DNA of 34,397 bases. It comes from Nitrospirota bacterium. GTDB taxonomy: Bacteria; JACPQY01. Below, piece after piece: positions 17,999 through 26,125 of the stretch. The stretch is from positions 124,001 through 158,397 of the forward strand of contig JACPAV010000011.1 in the NCBI GenBank assembly GCA_016180645.1. The letters are read 5' to 3'. Under the pieces are notes generated by a model, which had not been told where the DNA came from, ran no database searches, and saw nothing but the letters and a program-made list of their open reading frames with translations. Both the position numbers and the translations under genes were made by a program. Every line of letters starts with the position of its first letter. The stretch's first letter is position 1.

Positions 17999-18924
17999 GA
18001 CTGACCTTCTTCCGTCGTTAGGCGCACAAACACGTCCTCCAGAGTGATATTCACCGGCCGGAGTTCCAAGATCCCCCAACCCGCGTCAAAGACCAGCCGG
18101 GAAACATCTTTCCTCACGTCCTTGTTCAGCCCGCTCTTCACGAGCAGCGTGGTCTCATCCTTCTTTTCCACCTCGTCCACGCTCGCTACTTTCCGGATCT
18201 TGTCCACCAGCCCGTCCACCGGGCGGTCCACCTGAATCACGAACGCCTCCGACTGACGGACCTTCGACTGTAGGCCGTCGAGGCTGTCGCTTACGATGAT
18301 CTTCCCCTTGTCGATGATGATCACCTTCTGGCAGGTCATCGCCACTTCCGGGAGGATGTGGGTGGAGAGGATGATCGTGTGGTCGCCGGCCAGCGATTTG
18401 ATCAGCGCCCGGATTTCCCGGATCTGGACCGGATCAAGTCCGATCGTCGGTTCGTCCAGAATCAATACTTTCGGATTGTGAATGAGGGCTTGGGCGAGAC
18501 CGACGCGCTGCCGGTACCCTTTCGAGAGGTTTCCGATGACGCGCTCCTCGACTTCTTTGATCCCGACTTTGTACATGACGGATTGGAGCCGCTCCTCGCG
18601 ATCTTTGCGCGCAATCCGCTTGATCTTGGCGACGAAGAGGAGATACGCGCGGACGGTCATGTCCTCGTATAGCGGAGGGGTCTCGGGGAGGTATCCGATG
18701 ATCTTTCGCGCCTCGAGGGGCTGCGCGAGTACATCGATTCCTCCCACGCTGGCTTTCCCTTCATTCGGCATGAGGTAGGCGGAGAGGATTCGCATGGTGG
18801 TGGTTTTTCCTGCTCCGTTGGGACCGAGGAACCCGGCGATTTCGCCCGCCTCAATCTTGAAGCTCACGTTCTGAACCGCGGCGATCTCGCCGTATCGCTT
18901 CGTCAGGCCTTCGACTTCAATCAT
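17995..18924 (-). CDS. GldA-like ABC transporter ATP-binding protein
   Basis: GPNGAGKTT, LSKGYRQR, ILDEPT, STH. Confidence 0.93.
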   Translation of the reverse strand: MIEVEGLTKRYGEIAAVQNVSFKIEAGEIAGFLGPNGAGKTTTMRILSAYLMPNEGKASVGGIDVLAQPLEARKIIGYLPETPPLYEDMTVRAYLLFVAKIKRIARKDREERLQSVMYKVGIKEVEERVIGNLSKGYRQRVGLAQALIHNPKVLILDEPTIGLDPVQIREIRALIKSLAGDHTIILSTHILPEVAMTCQKVIIIDKGKIIVSDSLDGLQSKVRQSEAFVIQVDRPVDGLVDKIRKVASVDEVEKKDETTLLVKSGLNKDVRKDVSRLVFDAGWGILELRPVNITLEDVFVRLTTEEGQS

Positions 18925-18960
18925 ATATCGAACTCCAGCAGTCTAAAGAGCACCTAATGC

Positions 18961-19017
18961 GTAGGGGAGGGTCTTCAGACCCTCCCGAAGAGGGAGCATC
19001 TGAAGATGCTCCCCTAC
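18961..19017. repeat. REPIN-like element (GTAG...CTAC), family B
   Basis: GTAGGGGAGGGTCTTCAGACCCTCCC-gaaga-GGGAGCATCTGAAGATGCTCCCCTAC. Confidence 0.8.
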
Positions 19018-19040
19018 AAGCAGGTATTCGGTCATAGGCT

Positions 19041-20402
19041 TCATATGTCCAACACGACTCGATAGATAAAATTACCCCTTTGGATTTCGGCGAGTATACT
19101 CGCCTGACCGCGCATATTCAAGACCGTTTCGCGAAAATCATCCAATGAATACAACACGCGCGAATCCAATCGCAGGAGAATGTCCCCCGCCCGGATTCCC
19201 GTCTGATAGGCCGGGCTCCCCGGACGGACCTTCGAAATGGAAACGCGCCGACCCGGCCCTGCTTTCACGTTGAATCCCAACATCTCGAAACCCAAATCCT
19301 CCGCTCTCGCGTTCGGGAAGACCGTCACCACCACCGGGATGACTCGCTTTGTCCCCTCGCGAAAGATTTCCGTCCGGATCGTGTCGCCGGTTCGGTATCC
19401 GCGAAGGAGCGAGTAAAAGTCCTCACGGTATTGCACGGGACTGTCTTCGAGCGACGTGATGATGTCCTGCCGTCGGAGACCCGCTTTATCCGCAGGGCTG
19501 TCCGCTTCCACCTTCGTGACAACAACGCCCCGGGAGACACCGAAGTAGTTCGAGAGTTCGTCGTTGATCGCCTGCACGCGGACTCCGTACCACGGGATCG
19601 TCACTTGCCCCTGGGTGAGGAGGTTGCTCATGATGCGGTTCGCGCGATCGATCGGGATGGCGAATCCGATTCCCTGCGCCTTGGCCACAATGGCCGTGTT
19701 GATGCCGACCGTTTGCCCGAGGATGTTGAGAAGCGGCCCGCCGGAGTTGCCGGGATTGATCGAGGCGTCGGTCTGAACGAAATCCTGATACACGCGATCG
19801 CCGGTCTTCACCGAGCGGTGGAGCGCGCTCACCACACCCACGGTCACGGTGTGGGAAAGCCCGAAGGGATTTCCGATGGCGATGACGGTTTCGCCGATCA
19901 TGATATCGTTGGAGCGACCCATTCCGAGGGTCGGCAATCGAATCGCTCCGCTCTCGGTTTTCACGCGGAGCACCGCGATGTCCGTGTCCGGGTCCGCCCC
20001 TACCGGTTCGGCAAGGTATTCCTTTCCATCCACGAGAGTGACTTTGATCTTCGTGGCCAGGCGGACGACGTGCTCGTTGGTCAGAATGATGCCCTGGGGA
20101 TCGATGATGGCGCCGGAGCCGAGGCTTTCGTACACGCGTTCTCTTGGGAGGGAGTACATGTCGAAAAAGTCCTTGAAGAACTCGTCGAAGAACGGGTCCT
20201 GGAAGCCGAATGGCGCGCCTTGCCGCTCCTGCGTGCGCGTTTCCGTGTTGATATTGACCACGGCCGCGCTCGCCTTTTGAACGACCTCCACAACGGCATC
20301 GCGCCGGTAGAGATTGACCTCAGCGGCCTCTGCGAGAGTACGGAGTCCTGGGTGCGGGGTTCCCAGCAGCAGCAGGACCAGAACGGCTTTCTTCATTTCC
20401 AC
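19041..20402 (-). CDS. HtrA/DegP-family serine protease with two PDZ domains
   Basis: Signal peptide; TNEHVV, DIAVL, GNPFGL, QTDASINPGNSGGPL; two PDZ domains. Confidence 0.93.
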   Translation of the reverse strand: MEMKKAVLVLLLLGTPHPGLRTLAEAAEVNLYRRDAVVEVVQKASAAVVNINTETRTQERQGAPFGFQDPFFDEFFKDFFDMYSLPRERVYESLGSGAIIDPQGIILTNEHVVRLATKIKVTLVDGKEYLAEPVGADPDTDIAVLRVKTESGAIRLPTLGMGRSNDIMIGETVIAIGNPFGLSHTVTVGVVSALHRSVKTGDRVYQDFVQTDASINPGNSGGPLLNILGQTVGINTAIVAKAQGIGFAIPIDRANRIMSNLLTQGQVTIPWYGVRVQAINDELSNYFGVSRGVVVTKVEADSPADKAGLRRQDIITSLEDSPVQYREDFYSLLRGYRTGDTIRTEIFREGTKRVIPVVVTVFPNARAEDLGFEMLGFNVKAGPGRRVSISKVRPGSPAYQTGIRAGDILLRLDSRVLYSLDDFRETVLNMRGQASILAEIQRGNFIYRVVLDI

Positions 20403-20484
20403 GGGGGGGGATCTTGAACGGACTTCAGCACGAATTCAAACGGCAACCGATCTCACTCTGGAGCTGCACTCGCTCCTGCCGACG

Positions 20485-20513
20485 TTGACCCCTCGTAACA
20501 CCGCACGTAAGAT
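20485..20513 (+). promoter_or_regulatory. sigma70 promoter, probably leaderless
   Basis: TTGACC-N17-TAAGAT, 7 nt before ATG 20521. Confidence 0.6.
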
Positions 20514-20520
20514 CAAAGGC

Positions 20521-21093
20521 ATGGCGAATCGTGAAGACGACAATGCGAGAGACTGGGAATCGCTCAGGCGGCGGCTTCTCTCGCTTGTCACCAAGGGCAA
20601 ACGGCTCATGGTCGGCGCGACCGCGATGCAACAGTACGTCGAGATCCGGCCGACCGCCGACCTCGACTATCTCGTGGACGACCGCATCTTCGCCAACGTG
20701 GAGGCTTTCCTCGGCACCGAGAAGATTCCCTACGCGGCGGACAAGCAGAAATCGGCTTTCGTCGTGCGCATCCTGAACGTGGATGTCATTCGGGCTTCGT
20801 CTCACCCGGTCCTCGAAGCCGTCCTGAAGGTAGAGGGGTCGGCGAAATATACAACGATGCCCTCCCCGGAAGCTCTGGCCGCGCTCAAGTACGTTGCGCT
20901 CGTCAGCCCGACCCGCCCCACGAGGAAAAAACGCCAGGACCGGCTGGATTTCGGATTGCTCGCCCAGCATCCCGATTTCTCACTTGCCACGTTTCGGCGC
21001 TGGCTCGATGGCAGGCTTTCTCCCGCCAAGGTCGAGGCGGCGGTCCGCATCGTCCGAGGGGAACAGATCCACAGCGTCGCCCCAGACAGTTGA
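20521..21093 (+). CDS. Pol-beta-superfamily nucleotidyltransferase (AbiEii/DUF6036-like)
   Basis: MVGATAM..Y...RPTADLD (G[GA]xA...RxTxDxD), VDVI, LAALK, RQDRLD. Confidence 0.68.
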   Translation: MANREDDNARDWESLRRRLLSLVTKGKRLMVGATAMQQYVEIRPTADLDYLVDDRIFANVEAFLGTEKIPYAADKQKSAFVVRILNVDVIRASSHPVLEAVLKVEGSAKYTTMPSPEALAALKYVALVSPTRPTRKKRQDRLDFGLLAQHPDFSLATFRRWLDGRLSPAKVEAAVRIVRGEQIHSVAPDS

Positions 21094-21108
21094 GATAAGT
21101 TCTCCCAT

Positions 21109-21157
21109 CAGATCAATAGATCAATCATGAGCGGCCTCATGATTGAAGACTGATCTG
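21109..21157 (+). terminator. Inverted repeat, probable terminator
   Basis: TCAATCATGAG-cggc-CTCATGATTGA, extended by CAGATCA/TGATCTG and followed by TTT. Confidence 0.55.
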
Positions 21158-21231
21158 TTTGACAGCCAAGCATCGGTTGATAGGATGCCGGTTGGACTTG
21201 ACGTTATCCGCTCGAAACCAAGGGAGGATAC

Positions 21232-22236
21232 ATGAACACGAAGAGAATCACTCTTGCCATCGCGGCGTTCGGGCTGCTTTCAGCATCCTGTTCTCTCATC
21301 TTTCGCTCAACCATCCCGAACGTCGGTCCACCGCCGGCGATCAAGGTACAGGCGTCCCCAGATCAGCTTGAGCGAGGACGGTATCTTGCCCGCCATGTGA
21401 CCGGCTGCATCGATTGCCACTCGGAGCGGGACTTCCATCGTTATTCCGGCCCCGTCGTGCCTGGAACGGAAGGGAAAGGCGGATTTGTTTTTGGCAAAGA
21501 GATGGGTTTGCCGGGAACAATACCCGCATCCAATATTACGCCGGCCGCTTTGGGCAAATGGTCGGATGGCGAGATCGCGCGGGCCATCACCAGCGGAGTG
21601 ACGCGCTCGAATGAAGCCCTCTTTCCGATCATGCCCTACCCCCGCTACAACGCGATGGATGCGTCGGACCTCCATGCGATAATCGTCTACGTCCGCAGCC
21701 TGAAGCCCATCGATAACAAAGTACCTTCCCGTCAGCTCGACTTCCCTCTCAACCATGTGGTGAAGACCCTTCCCCGGCCGGCCGCGCCTCAACCGCGGCC
21801 CGACGCGAAGGAATCGGTCGCGCTCGGACGGTATCTCGTGAACATTGCCGCCTGCTCGGACTGCCACACGCCGACGAAGAAAGGTACGCCGATTGCGGGC
21901 AAGGAATTCGCCGGTGGAGGTGAATTCGTCCTTCCGTGGGGGAGGGTCCGTCCCACCAACATCACGCCCGATCCCGAAACGGGCATCGGCCAGTGGAGTC
22001 GCGAGAGGTTCATCGGGCGCTTCAAGGAATTCGACCCCTCGAACGGGCGGGTCATTGCGGTGAAGGACGGTGAATTCAACACCATCATGCCGTGGAGTGA
22101 ATACAGCGGCATGACCGAGGCCGACCTAGGCGCGATCTACGACTATCTGAAGACGTTGAAACCCATCTCGAATACCGTCGTCCTCTTCACTCCGGCCGGC
22201 GCAAGTCAGGATCACGATTCCAATCGCCGTCCTTGA
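21232..22236 (+). CDS. Dihaem c-type cytochrome, probable lipoprotein (dehydrogenase cytochrome c subunit-like)
   Basis: GGAGG Shine-Dalgarno; LLSASC; two repeats of GRYL..CxxCH (CIDCH, CSDCH)..NITP..MP. Confidence 0.88.
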   Translation: MNTKRITLAIAAFGLLSASCSLIFRSTIPNVGPPPAIKVQASPDQLERGRYLARHVTGCIDCHSERDFHRYSGPVVPGTEGKGGFVFGKEMGLPGTIPASNITPAALGKWSDGEIARAITSGVTRSNEALFPIMPYPRYNAMDASDLHAIIVYVRSLKPIDNKVPSRQLDFPLNHVVKTLPRPAAPQPRPDAKESVALGRYLVNIAACSDCHTPTKKGTPIAGKEFAGGGEFVLPWGRVRPTNITPDPETGIGQWSRERFIGRFKEFDPSNGRVIAVKDGEFNTIMPWSEYSGMTEADLGAIYDYLKTLKPISNTVVLFTPAGASQDHDSNRRP

Positions 22237-22320
22237 AGCGGAGCGAAATGGGCGGCGCCGCGGCGCGCTGAACCGCGATCTCGGCTTGACATGTGGTGAT
22301 GAGCGCGTCAGGCTCCTCCG

Positions 22321-22545
22321 ATGGCGCAGGCGCTACGGATTCGCAACGTGCCGATCCGCCTCCGCCGAAAGTTCAAGTCCCGGGCGTTTTCAGCCGACTT
22401 GTCGCTTTCGGCCTACCTCTTGAGGGATTTTCGCCGCTCACCTGAAATCCCCACGGAAGAGGAGTTACGCCGCCGGGTCGAGAGGCTCAAGAAACTTCGC
22501 GCTACTCCTTGGACCACTATCCCATCCCCTCCATTGCGCGGCTAG
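22321..22545 (+). CDS. FitA-like ribbon-helix-helix antitoxin (orphan, possibly degenerate)
   Basis: LRIRNVP..LRRKFKSRA...LSLSAYLL; promoter TTGACA-N17-CAGGCT at 22286-22314. Confidence 0.62.
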   Translation: MAQALRIRNVPIRLRRKFKSRAFSADLSLSAYLLRDFRRSPEIPTEEELRRRVERLKKLRATPWTTIPSPPLRG

Positions 22546-22568
22546 GCTCTGGTTGGAAAGGTTCCTCC

Positions 22569-22625
22569 GGTAGCCGCAGGCTTCAGCCTGCGTCCGAGGA
22601 CGCACCCTTGAAGGGTGCGCCTACC
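22569..22625. repeat. REPIN-like element, family A copy 2
   Basis: GGTAGCCGCAGGCTTCAGCCTGCG-tccgagga-CGCACCCTTGAAGGGTGCGCCTACC. Confidence 0.8.
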
Positions 22626-22664
22626 AGGAAATCTCACGGCAATGAGGTGCTTCTCAGACACAGG

Positions 22665-23267
22665 CTAGTGACCTGGACCGAACGGGCAGCCGACGGTCAA
22701 TGCCGGAACGGGCAGCCAGCCGGGAGCATGACTCCCGGCGTAATCCCCCAGACCTGCCCGAATTCTGACGCCAACATCGGAAACCAGCTCATATCCGATC
22801 TCGATGGCGACAAGATTGGTCACCCAATCCCTCGGGAGCTTGTTGTAACCGTCATCCGGAACGAGAGGCAGCGTCAGCCCGTGATCTTCATCGTACCAAC
22901 GAGGTCCATTGTAGATACCCTGCCCGTAGCTCAGGTAAATTCGGTGCGTGCCACCCACACTCGCGCGAAGCCCCGGAGTGTACACCGGAAATCCCCACCC
23001 GACGGTGTAGCCCGGCATGAAGAACGTCCAAGCGCCGACATTCAGAAACGGTTCAAGCGCAAAGCCGCCATCCACCAAAGGGTAGTAGAAACCGGCTCCC
23101 ATCCCGACAACGTTCATCGTCGGGCCTTCGCCAGCCTCCACCACCACCCCAGGGAATTTGAACTTGTCCTCCTCGCTGGACGCCCTGCTCTGTGCTGCTC
23201 CACGGCCGCACAGTCCAAGCACACCGGCGATGCCGAAAAACAGGAATCCAATCCCATGTCGCCTCAA
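22665..23267 (-). CDS. Hypothetical exported protein (Gly/aromatic-rich, possibly a small beta-barrel)
   Basis: Signal-like GIGFLFFGIAGVLGLC; alternating strands such as VAIEIGYEL and VRIRAGLG; start uncertain (TTG 23267). Confidence 0.5.
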   Translation of the reverse strand: MRRHGIGFLFFGIAGVLGLCGRGAAQSRASSEEDKFKFPGVVVEAGEGPTMNVVGMGAGFYYPLVDGGFALEPFLNVGAWTFFMPGYTVGWGFPVYTPGLRASVGGTHRIYLSYGQGIYNGPRWYDEDHGLTLPLVPDDGYNKLPRDWVTNLVAIEIGYELVSDVGVRIRAGLGDYAGSHAPGWLPVPALTVGCPFGPGH

Positions 23268-23368
23268 TTCGCCCCGCGAGATTCGTGACTCGTGGGACGC
23301 GGCTGCGCCAGGAAGAATCAGAAGCTTCCGAGAGCTGGATGGGCGGTCGGGATTTTGAGCCGCTTGGA

Positions 23369-23575
23369 TCACCTACCCGTGCGTGACTTGAGATAGCCGA
23401 TGGCATGGCCCGTGAGCGCCCCGACAAACCGTTCGAATCGAAGCTCCGCCGATGGTTCGCGGAACCTGCCCATCGGACCTGTACTGCGATCCGTCAGTAG
23501 CAAGCAGGAACAATCGTACAGCTGTTCACGAACGAGTTTCTGGCAGAACAATTCATATCTCTTGGCATACGACGC
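23369..23575 (-). pseudogene. C-terminal remnant of a PaeR7I/XhoI-family restriction endonuclease
   Basis: ASYAKRYELFCQKLVREQLYD...G.FREPSAELRFERF resembles the family C-terminus; no catalytic N-terminal part upstream. Confidence 0.72.
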
Positions 23576-23690
23576 TGGGATTCGCAAGGTCTGAGGGAAT
23601 TGCGTCGGGGAGGCTGGTACTCTCCACTCAATCAATCTGCAAGTTCCGGCCCATTGGACTTGAACAATCAGAGGTGAGAAACTATTAATC

Positions 23691-25163
23691 GTGGCAGGGA
23701 TGTCCGTCCACAACCAGACGAAGACGCTGGGACAGTTCTTCACGCCGCCGGACGTGGCGCGTACTCTTGTTCACTGGGCCACCCAGCGAAAACGCGATCG
23801 TTTGCTTGATCCATCGTGTGGGGACGGAGAATTCCTCGCCTGTCATCGCAAGTCGGTCGGCATCGAGATCGATCCACAAAAAGCCGCGATGGCCAAAATG
23901 CGCGCGCCGTGGTCCCTCGTGCACGAAGGCGACTTTTTCGATTGGGCCGCGCAGACCAAGGAAAGGTTCGACGCCGCTGCCGGGAATCCTCCCTTCATTC
24001 GATATCAAAGTTTTTCAGGTGTTCTCAGGGAAAAGGCGCTTTCACTTGCGTCCTTCTTAGGGGCCGAATTCAGCGGTCTCTCTTCGTCCTGGGCGCCCTT
24101 TCTGGTAGTTGCCGCGAGCCTGCTCAAGCCCGGGGGCAAGATGGCGTTCGTGGTGCCGGCCGAGATCGGCCACGCCACATATGCGAAACCTCTGATTGAA
24201 TGGATTTGCGGGCATTTTGGGCAGGTCCGTCTTGTGGCTTTTCGCGAGAAACTGTTTCCGGCCTTGTCGGAGGACGCCTGGTTCCTGTACTGCTCAGGCT
24301 TCGGCGATGAGACGACGGGAATCCATCTGAACTGTCTTGAGAGATTTGTGGCCGATCAGGAACCGGCCAGATTCGCAAGGCGCATCGAACTTTCAACCTG
24401 GAGGGAATCCGGCTGGAAGCTGAGACGCAACCTCCTAACAGACACCCAGCTTGATCTCTATGACGATCTCATCGCCAGACCCTCGGTGGTGAGATTCTCA
24501 GAGGTGGCCCACGCAGGCATTGGTTACGTCACTGGGGCCAACGATTTCTTTCACCTCCGACCCTCCGAGGCGCGGTCTCATGGGATTCCGCGCCGAGTCC
24601 TCCGCGTGTCGGTGCGAAAGTCCCAACAGCTTCCTTCCTCTACGGTTGATCGCGCCGTGGTAGCCAATTGGATCGCAACGGACGAACCGGTCCTTCTGTT
24701 GGACCTTGCTGAGCTGAACGATCTCCCCGATTCCGTGCGACGTTATCTAGCTACCCCCGCGGCGAGAGACGCCAAGCGGGCGTACAAATGTCGGAATCGA
24801 GCCCCGTGGTACGCTGTTCCCGATGTCCGGACCCCCGATGCGTTCCTGTCGTACATGAGTGACAGCCAGCCCTTGCTGGTCCGAAATCCCGCCGGTTGCA
24901 CCTGCACCAATTCCATTCATGCGGTGAGATTCAAGCCAGGTGTGGCGGCGCGCGATGTCCAGCGGGCTTGGAATGAGCCACTCGGCCAGCTAAGTTGCGA
25001 GTTGGAGGGCCATCCGCTCGGAGGCGGCCTCCTGAAACTCGAGCCGGGGGAAGCGGCGAACGTCCGGATCGCGATGAATGGACTAAGATTGACAAGAAGT
25101 GAGGCTGATACGATCGCCGAGGCCACCTCCCTGATGAGGAAGTGGAGGCATTATGCGTCCTGA
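23691..25163 (+). CDS. N6-adenine DNA methyltransferase, gamma class (M.PaeR7I/XhoI-like)
   Basis: LGQFFTP (motif X), LLDPSCGDG (motif I), GNPPF (motif IV), LKPGGKMAFVVP, GYVTGANDFF, C-terminal GGGLLKLEP. Confidence 0.9.
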   Translation: MAGMSVHNQTKTLGQFFTPPDVARTLVHWATQRKRDRLLDPSCGDGEFLACHRKSVGIEIDPQKAAMAKMRAPWSLVHEGDFFDWAAQTKERFDAAAGNPPFIRYQSFSGVLREKALSLASFLGAEFSGLSSSWAPFLVVAASLLKPGGKMAFVVPAEIGHATYAKPLIEWICGHFGQVRLVAFREKLFPALSEDAWFLYCSGFGDETTGIHLNCLERFVADQEPARFARRIELSTWRESGWKLRRNLLTDTQLDLYDDLIARPSVVRFSEVAHAGIGYVTGANDFFHLRPSEARSHGIPRRVLRVSVRKSQQLPSSTVDRAVVANWIATDEPVLLLDLAELNDLPDSVRRYLATPAARDAKRAYKCRNRAPWYAVPDVRTPDAFLSYMSDSQPLLVRNPAGCTCTNSIHAVRFKPGVAARDVQRAWNEPLGQLSCELEGHPLGGGLLKLEPGEAANVRIAMNGLRLTRSEADTIAEATSLMRKWRHYAS

Positions 25164-26016
25164 GGAGATATCGCGTTTCCTAAACGTCAAATCGGCCCTC
25201 ACCGAATTCGTCACCGTCGTGGGGACGCAGGCACAGGAGCACATCAAACCATTTCACAAGTATGTTGCCTTGCGCCTCGTGTTTGAGGGCGGCTTTGCGC
25301 CGGACGAGGTCAGCCCCCGTCCCCCGCTCACGGTCGACAACCGCGGCAAACGGAGGCGGATTCGATTCGATGAAAGCGTCGAAGGGAATGGGGAGCAGAC
25401 CGTGTTAGGAGGTTTGAAGAGCAAGAGAGTCGATGTGGTAGTTGCGAAACGCGGCGTCGGCCCCGTAGTGGCGGTATCCATAAAGGGGACGGGAAACGCG
25501 TTTCGTAATCTGACGAACAGGATGGAGGAGGCCATAGGCGATTCGACCAACATCCACATCATGTACCCCGGTCTTGTGTACGGGTTCCTCCACTTGCTGA
25601 AAGCGAATCGAGAGGGAAAGTTCCGTAAGAATGATGTCTCCGTCGATATGCAAGGTCGGGTGGTCCCAGCCATAGCGCGATACCATGATGTGCTGCGGGG
25701 CTTGACGGGAAGACGCTTCGTTCGAAATGACTTCACCCGGTATGAAGCCGTTACGCTTGTCATGGTGGATTCATCGGGGAAGCGAAGGGGAGAAATCTTT
25801 GGGAAGTATCCGAGCCTTGACAGTCCGCTTCATCTTTCCCGATTTTTCGCGAGCCTCTACAACGTTTATGACTTGAGGTTTCCCTACGTGTCGGCGTCGG
25901 TGCCCAGTCTCGAGCGGATCGAATGGGACTCGGGGTCCCCCGCGTTCGTCCAGTTCGGCTCATTAGGACAATTCACCCGGATTGCAGGGTACACGCCGCG
26001 AGTTTCCCACGGATAG
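25153..26016 (+). CDS. Putative cognate type II restriction endonuclease (PD-(D/E)xK fold)
   Basis: Overlaps the MTase stop by 11 nt; KRVDVVV...AVSIKG...FRNLTNRMEEAIGD resembles the NNRxEEAxG motif of PaeR7I-like enzymes. Confidence 0.72.
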   Translation: MRPEEISRFLNVKSALTEFVTVVGTQAQEHIKPFHKYVALRLVFEGGFAPDEVSPRPPLTVDNRGKRRRIRFDESVEGNGEQTVLGGLKSKRVDVVVAKRGVGPVVAVSIKGTGNAFRNLTNRMEEAIGDSTNIHIMYPGLVYGFLHLLKANREGKFRKNDVSVDMQGRVVPAIARYHDVLRGLTGRRFVRNDFTRYEAVTLVMVDSSGKRRGEIFGKYPSLDSPLHLSRFFASLYNVYDLRFPYVSASVPSLERIEWDSGSPAFVQFGSLGQFTRIAGYTPRVSHG

Positions 26017-26125
26017 AGACCCATCCGGCAGGCGGCAGGGTCGCGACGACGAGAGTCATCGGAAAAGGGCGCCGATTCCGGCTCGATTCGCCCCCCCCTC
26101 CGCTCCGGGACCGCGAGATGAACCG

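Noticed and set aside
15657-18924. Evidence of Bacteroidetes-type gliding motility
   Set aside because: GldAFG-like ABC systems are widespread in non-gliding bacteria, and no other gld/spr genes are present.
20403-20410. G8/C8 runs (also 306-313, 6766-6773, 26091-26098) as phase-variation tracts
   Set aside because: Eight-base G/C runs are short and expected at some frequency in GC-rich DNA; no supporting evidence.
22509-23288. 259-aa plus-strand ORF as the missing toxin of the FitA-like antitoxin
   Set aside because: No PIN acidic motifs, it reads through a REPIN, and it is antisense to a more plausible exported-protein ORF.
23576-23743. N-terminal half of the 124-aa minus-strand ORF as a full endonuclease gene
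   Set aside because: No family resemblance upstream of ASYAKRY, and it overlaps the MTase start; treated as chance open frame.
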